Assembly: GCA_052426225.1 (NCBI GenBank)
Contig: JBNJNM010000007.1
Coordinates: forward strand, 806,001-870,000
DNA length: 64,000 nt
Direction of reading: 5' to 3'
Origin: Zancudomyces culisetae HAW-14-8
Lineage: Eukaryota; Fungi; Kickxellomycota
Part shown: piece by piece, positions 60,642 through 64,000 of the stretch
How positions within the stretch are numbered: position 1 is the first letter of the stretch
Layout: the number at the start of each line of letters is the position of its first letter
Translations under genes and position numbers: made by a program
The notes under the pieces: model-generated
The model's database searches: none
Told to the model about the DNA's origin: nothing
Seen by the model: only the letters and a program-made list of their open reading frames with translations

Positions 60642-63486
60642 TCTTGCTTTTTTTTGATCTTTTGATTTATTTACTTGTTTTGGTCTGTGGTATTCGTGCT
60701 TTTAATCCTTTATCTTTTTATCCTATATGGTCGTTTCCTATATTGTATGATATAAAACTAACTATTTGATATTTTGCACAGGACGCCAATGCTTTAAACA
60801 GTTAAATATAAAACGAACTCCTTTAATAACAATAAAAAGTGTGATCGATTATATCCCGTTCCCTCCCCCTCTACACACACAAATATTCTCCTGTTTTGGC
60901 TAAAAAACCAAGAATCTTCCCCCATTTTAGTTGCCAAAATTGGAAATTCGGCAGGTTTGCAATTTTCTTTATTTTTTTCATCACTTCAAACAACCAAACA
61001 GGTGCCAAAGGTGTAAAAATGGTTTTATATTCATCATGGATAATTTTTTTTTATCCCATTTGTCCCTGCAATCGACAAAAGTGCAGTTCTGGTATAGATT
61101 TCACTTAATAATCGTGGTCAAATTAAAACTGCAGAATCAAGAATTGTGAAAGTATTTGCTTGTAGTTTAGTCATCTCTCGATCTTTTTTGGGAAAAAAAA
61201 AAGTATTCAAAGCAGGTATTTCGCCGTTTTTATTCGCAAGAGCAACAAATCACCAGGAATTATTCGGTCGAAGTTGTAAAACTGCAGCCAAAGTTCCATC
61301 TGGAAAAGTTTTAATTGCCTTAATTTTTTACAAATGCTGCGTAAATCAACCGCGCTAGCTTTTCTTAGCCCGACTCCTCCTGATAATAAAAATGTGTATT
61401 GGTGGAGTGTAGCTTGGTAAATGACCATTCTCAATATTCGCTTTCGCTATACTTCGACACTACACTTCCCCAGGGCCATAACTCAGCCTGGCTTTAATTT
61501 TGACATATAAGCTCGAGGTACAGAGCCGTTAACACAAAAGTGGTACAGTGAGAAAATATGGATAGCTGTCGCAGCACAAGTTGTATGGTAATGGATTATG
61601 AAAAAAATAACCATCAAAACTGCAAGAGTGATGATTCTTGTTCACCTCTATTCAGCCTCGGGCACTTCAAATCGAATAGTGTATTCCCCTCTTTCCATTT
61701 AAAAGATAATAAAAAGATATTCTAACTAGCATAGTAAAAATCCTACCTGTGATGTTGGTGTCAAGGGTTCCCCTGTCCTTCCTTATTTATTCTAGCGTTT
61801 ATTGACGAATTGTGCTAAAATAATAAAATAAAACGAGTGTTAGAATTTGATATCTTTCTCAGAGTAACCTACTAAAAACAACAATAATATAAAGCAGCTC
61901 GCACGTCTTTCTATAAAACATTCAGCACGCCAAATGAAAAAAAAAGTATTAAGTGTATACCCCGTTTAAATACCTTTTTGTCCCTCTATACGCAGAAGTC
62001 GAATTTTTTTTGATAGTAAAGTACTGTATATTTGGTATTTCGGTTATTAAAATTTTCAATATATACTTATATTTAAGTTCAAAGGTATTTAATAAAGTTA
62101 AAGTGGTAATAAACTTTAGAAAGAACTAATGTAGAAGATTCCGCTTTCAGCACTTATTATTGACAAAATAATTGATTTCAATAGAACATGGAATCGATAC
62201 AAAAAAAAAGGACCTCCCTTCCTTGTAGTTCATTGGAAGTGGCATAAATTATTATGCTGCAGCATCACTTTTATTTCCCGGACTTACACTGTTTGTGTAT
62301 TCTGCCAATCATACACCTGCTGAATTTATATATATTTTTTGGATTCCTGTAGTTTCAGTATTGCAAACTATTTGGTAAATATAAATATTTGCGAGTGGAA
62401 ATTAAAAAATACTATGTTTGATTGGCCTGACTTAGTATTTTACTTTAATGCATTTCATTTTCTCATCAACCATTAAGCAATTAGTACAGCGCCAGCATCA
62501 AAGCCTCAACATCATAAATTTGCAATTTATAGCCCCCGAGTAAATCGCAAATAGATGTAGAAATGGTCCACAACCAGGTGGCGCAAAAAATAATAATAAT
62601 AATAATAACTAGCTTCCAATAATAGGTGTGAAAGTGTAACATATTTGCAATGAATTGATCACTTTACAAATCAAAAGAGGATAAGTACATATTTGTTTAC
62701 ACTCGAATAGAACACACGATTGTAATTGGAAAACGAGCACATAGAATGAGGTGTATTAGGAGCATCACTCGCTTTTCATTACGTATTTATGTATGCTCGC
62801 TTTTGTGCGGACAACCTATTCCTACCCTCCGCATGTCTGGTCAAGTGGGTTATTAGCTTTGACAGATGCGATCAATTACTTTTCTTTGAGCAAAGACCAG
62901 AAAAACAGGATGAAAATTCCCATTGACAGTGATGCTGTTGGGTGCTTGTTATATTTGGTACCTCTTCTCCGTCTTTATATCGAAGTAACCGGGAATGTTT
63001 ATAATGTAATTATCGCTGATATTTCGTGATTTAAATAACGCGTTCTTGCAAGACACATGCATTAACAAATTTGTCATTATTAAAGGAATATTTAGTAACT
63101 CTCCCATCTAAAAAAAATAAAGGAATGGGAAGAGATTGAAGGGTAGTATATTTGTAACTGTAAACATTATCACGCATAATTAAGACCAAATTAAGTGATG
63201 TAGTAATAATTATTGCGGCTAAACAGCTATAAAATCATAACCTGTTGATAAATGCTGAAAGAAAAACCAAAAAGATAATGGTGTATATTTTTTGCAACAC
63301 AATTCATAATTTTTCACATTTTAAATGATATTACAATTTGATTCAAATAACGCTGTCACTTGAAGCAAAGATAAAAATTTATACCAGTTATTCGGAGAGG
63401 GAGGGGTGATATTCTATTTATTAATAAAAAAGAATTAAGGGTCAAAAACTCTACTCTAATTATACAAGTAAAAACATACTTGAAGT

Positions 63487-63693
63487 TTAGACCATAGAAG
63501 AACTATCTGCGGGCGGAGTCCTAGTTAAAATGACGTATATAGCGTGGAGTACACCAGGGATAAAAAAGAAGATCGTTAGCAAAAGGTTCACCCAAAATGG
63601 ACATGTGAGTCCAGTTTCCAAAAATACCGCAAGGGGAGGAATGAAGAGCGCTATCAAGACTAGAATACCTTGGCTTAGTTTACTTGTTGCCAT
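63487..63693 (-). CDS. PMP3: Plasma membrane proteolipid Pmp3/RCI2 family
   Basis: 68 aa: ILVLIALFIPPLAVFLETGLTCPFWVNLLLTIFFFIPGVLHAIYVI. Confidence 0.93.
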   Translation of the reverse strand: MATSKLSQGILVLIALFIPPLAVFLETGLTCPFWVNLLLTIFFFIPGVLHAIYVILTRTPPADSSSMV

Positions 63694-64000
63694 TTTGAGA
63701 TAGATATGGTTTTACGGTGTTGTATGTAGGAATGGTTCGTTTTTTCGCTGGTCGATAGGTATGACGCTGTTATCTAGTTTGAAGTGTAAGTGTTAATAAT
63801 ATAATTCTTTTTTGATAATACCTTGGAGTCGATACTTTGAGATATATTTTAGTTGAATATAATACGACTGAGATAGAGTATCTCTAAACGTTAAGTGAAA
63901 TAGTAGAAAAAGTGTGCCAAAAAAATGTGTTTGGTTATATAACACTTTTTGTTTTACATTTATGCCTTACAAGATATATAAAATAAAGCAATTTTTGAGA

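Overview
AT-rich eukaryotic DNA with GT-AG spliceosomal introns and fungal-type genes. The divergent proteins, ankyrin/P450/GPCR content and A-rich start contexts suggest an early-diverging fungus, possibly an insect-gut Harpellales species (inference, not verified). The first ~17.5 kb is an accessory region: an atypical cytochrome P450 (5' end outside the window), two paralogous 7TM GPCR-like genes from a local duplication, a fungal-specific transcription-factor-domain gene with one in-frame TAG at a conserved Trp, and an F-box-like/ankyrin gene with one in-frame TGA. The rest is mostly core genes: THO2, STR2-type cystathionine gamma-synthase, myosin light chain, TBC1D20/Gyp8-like GAP, Cue1-like protein, ZW10, ARP1, KTR/KRE2 mannosyltransferase, SET1, CDT1, PKA regulatory subunit and PMP3. 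Among them are a membrane-anchored protein apparently built from five glutaredoxin folds with a single CxxC, an orphan ORF, and a tandem pair of small secreted Cys-containing beta/gamma-crystallin-like proteins. No tRNA, rRNA, CRISPR or intact transposon was recognised.
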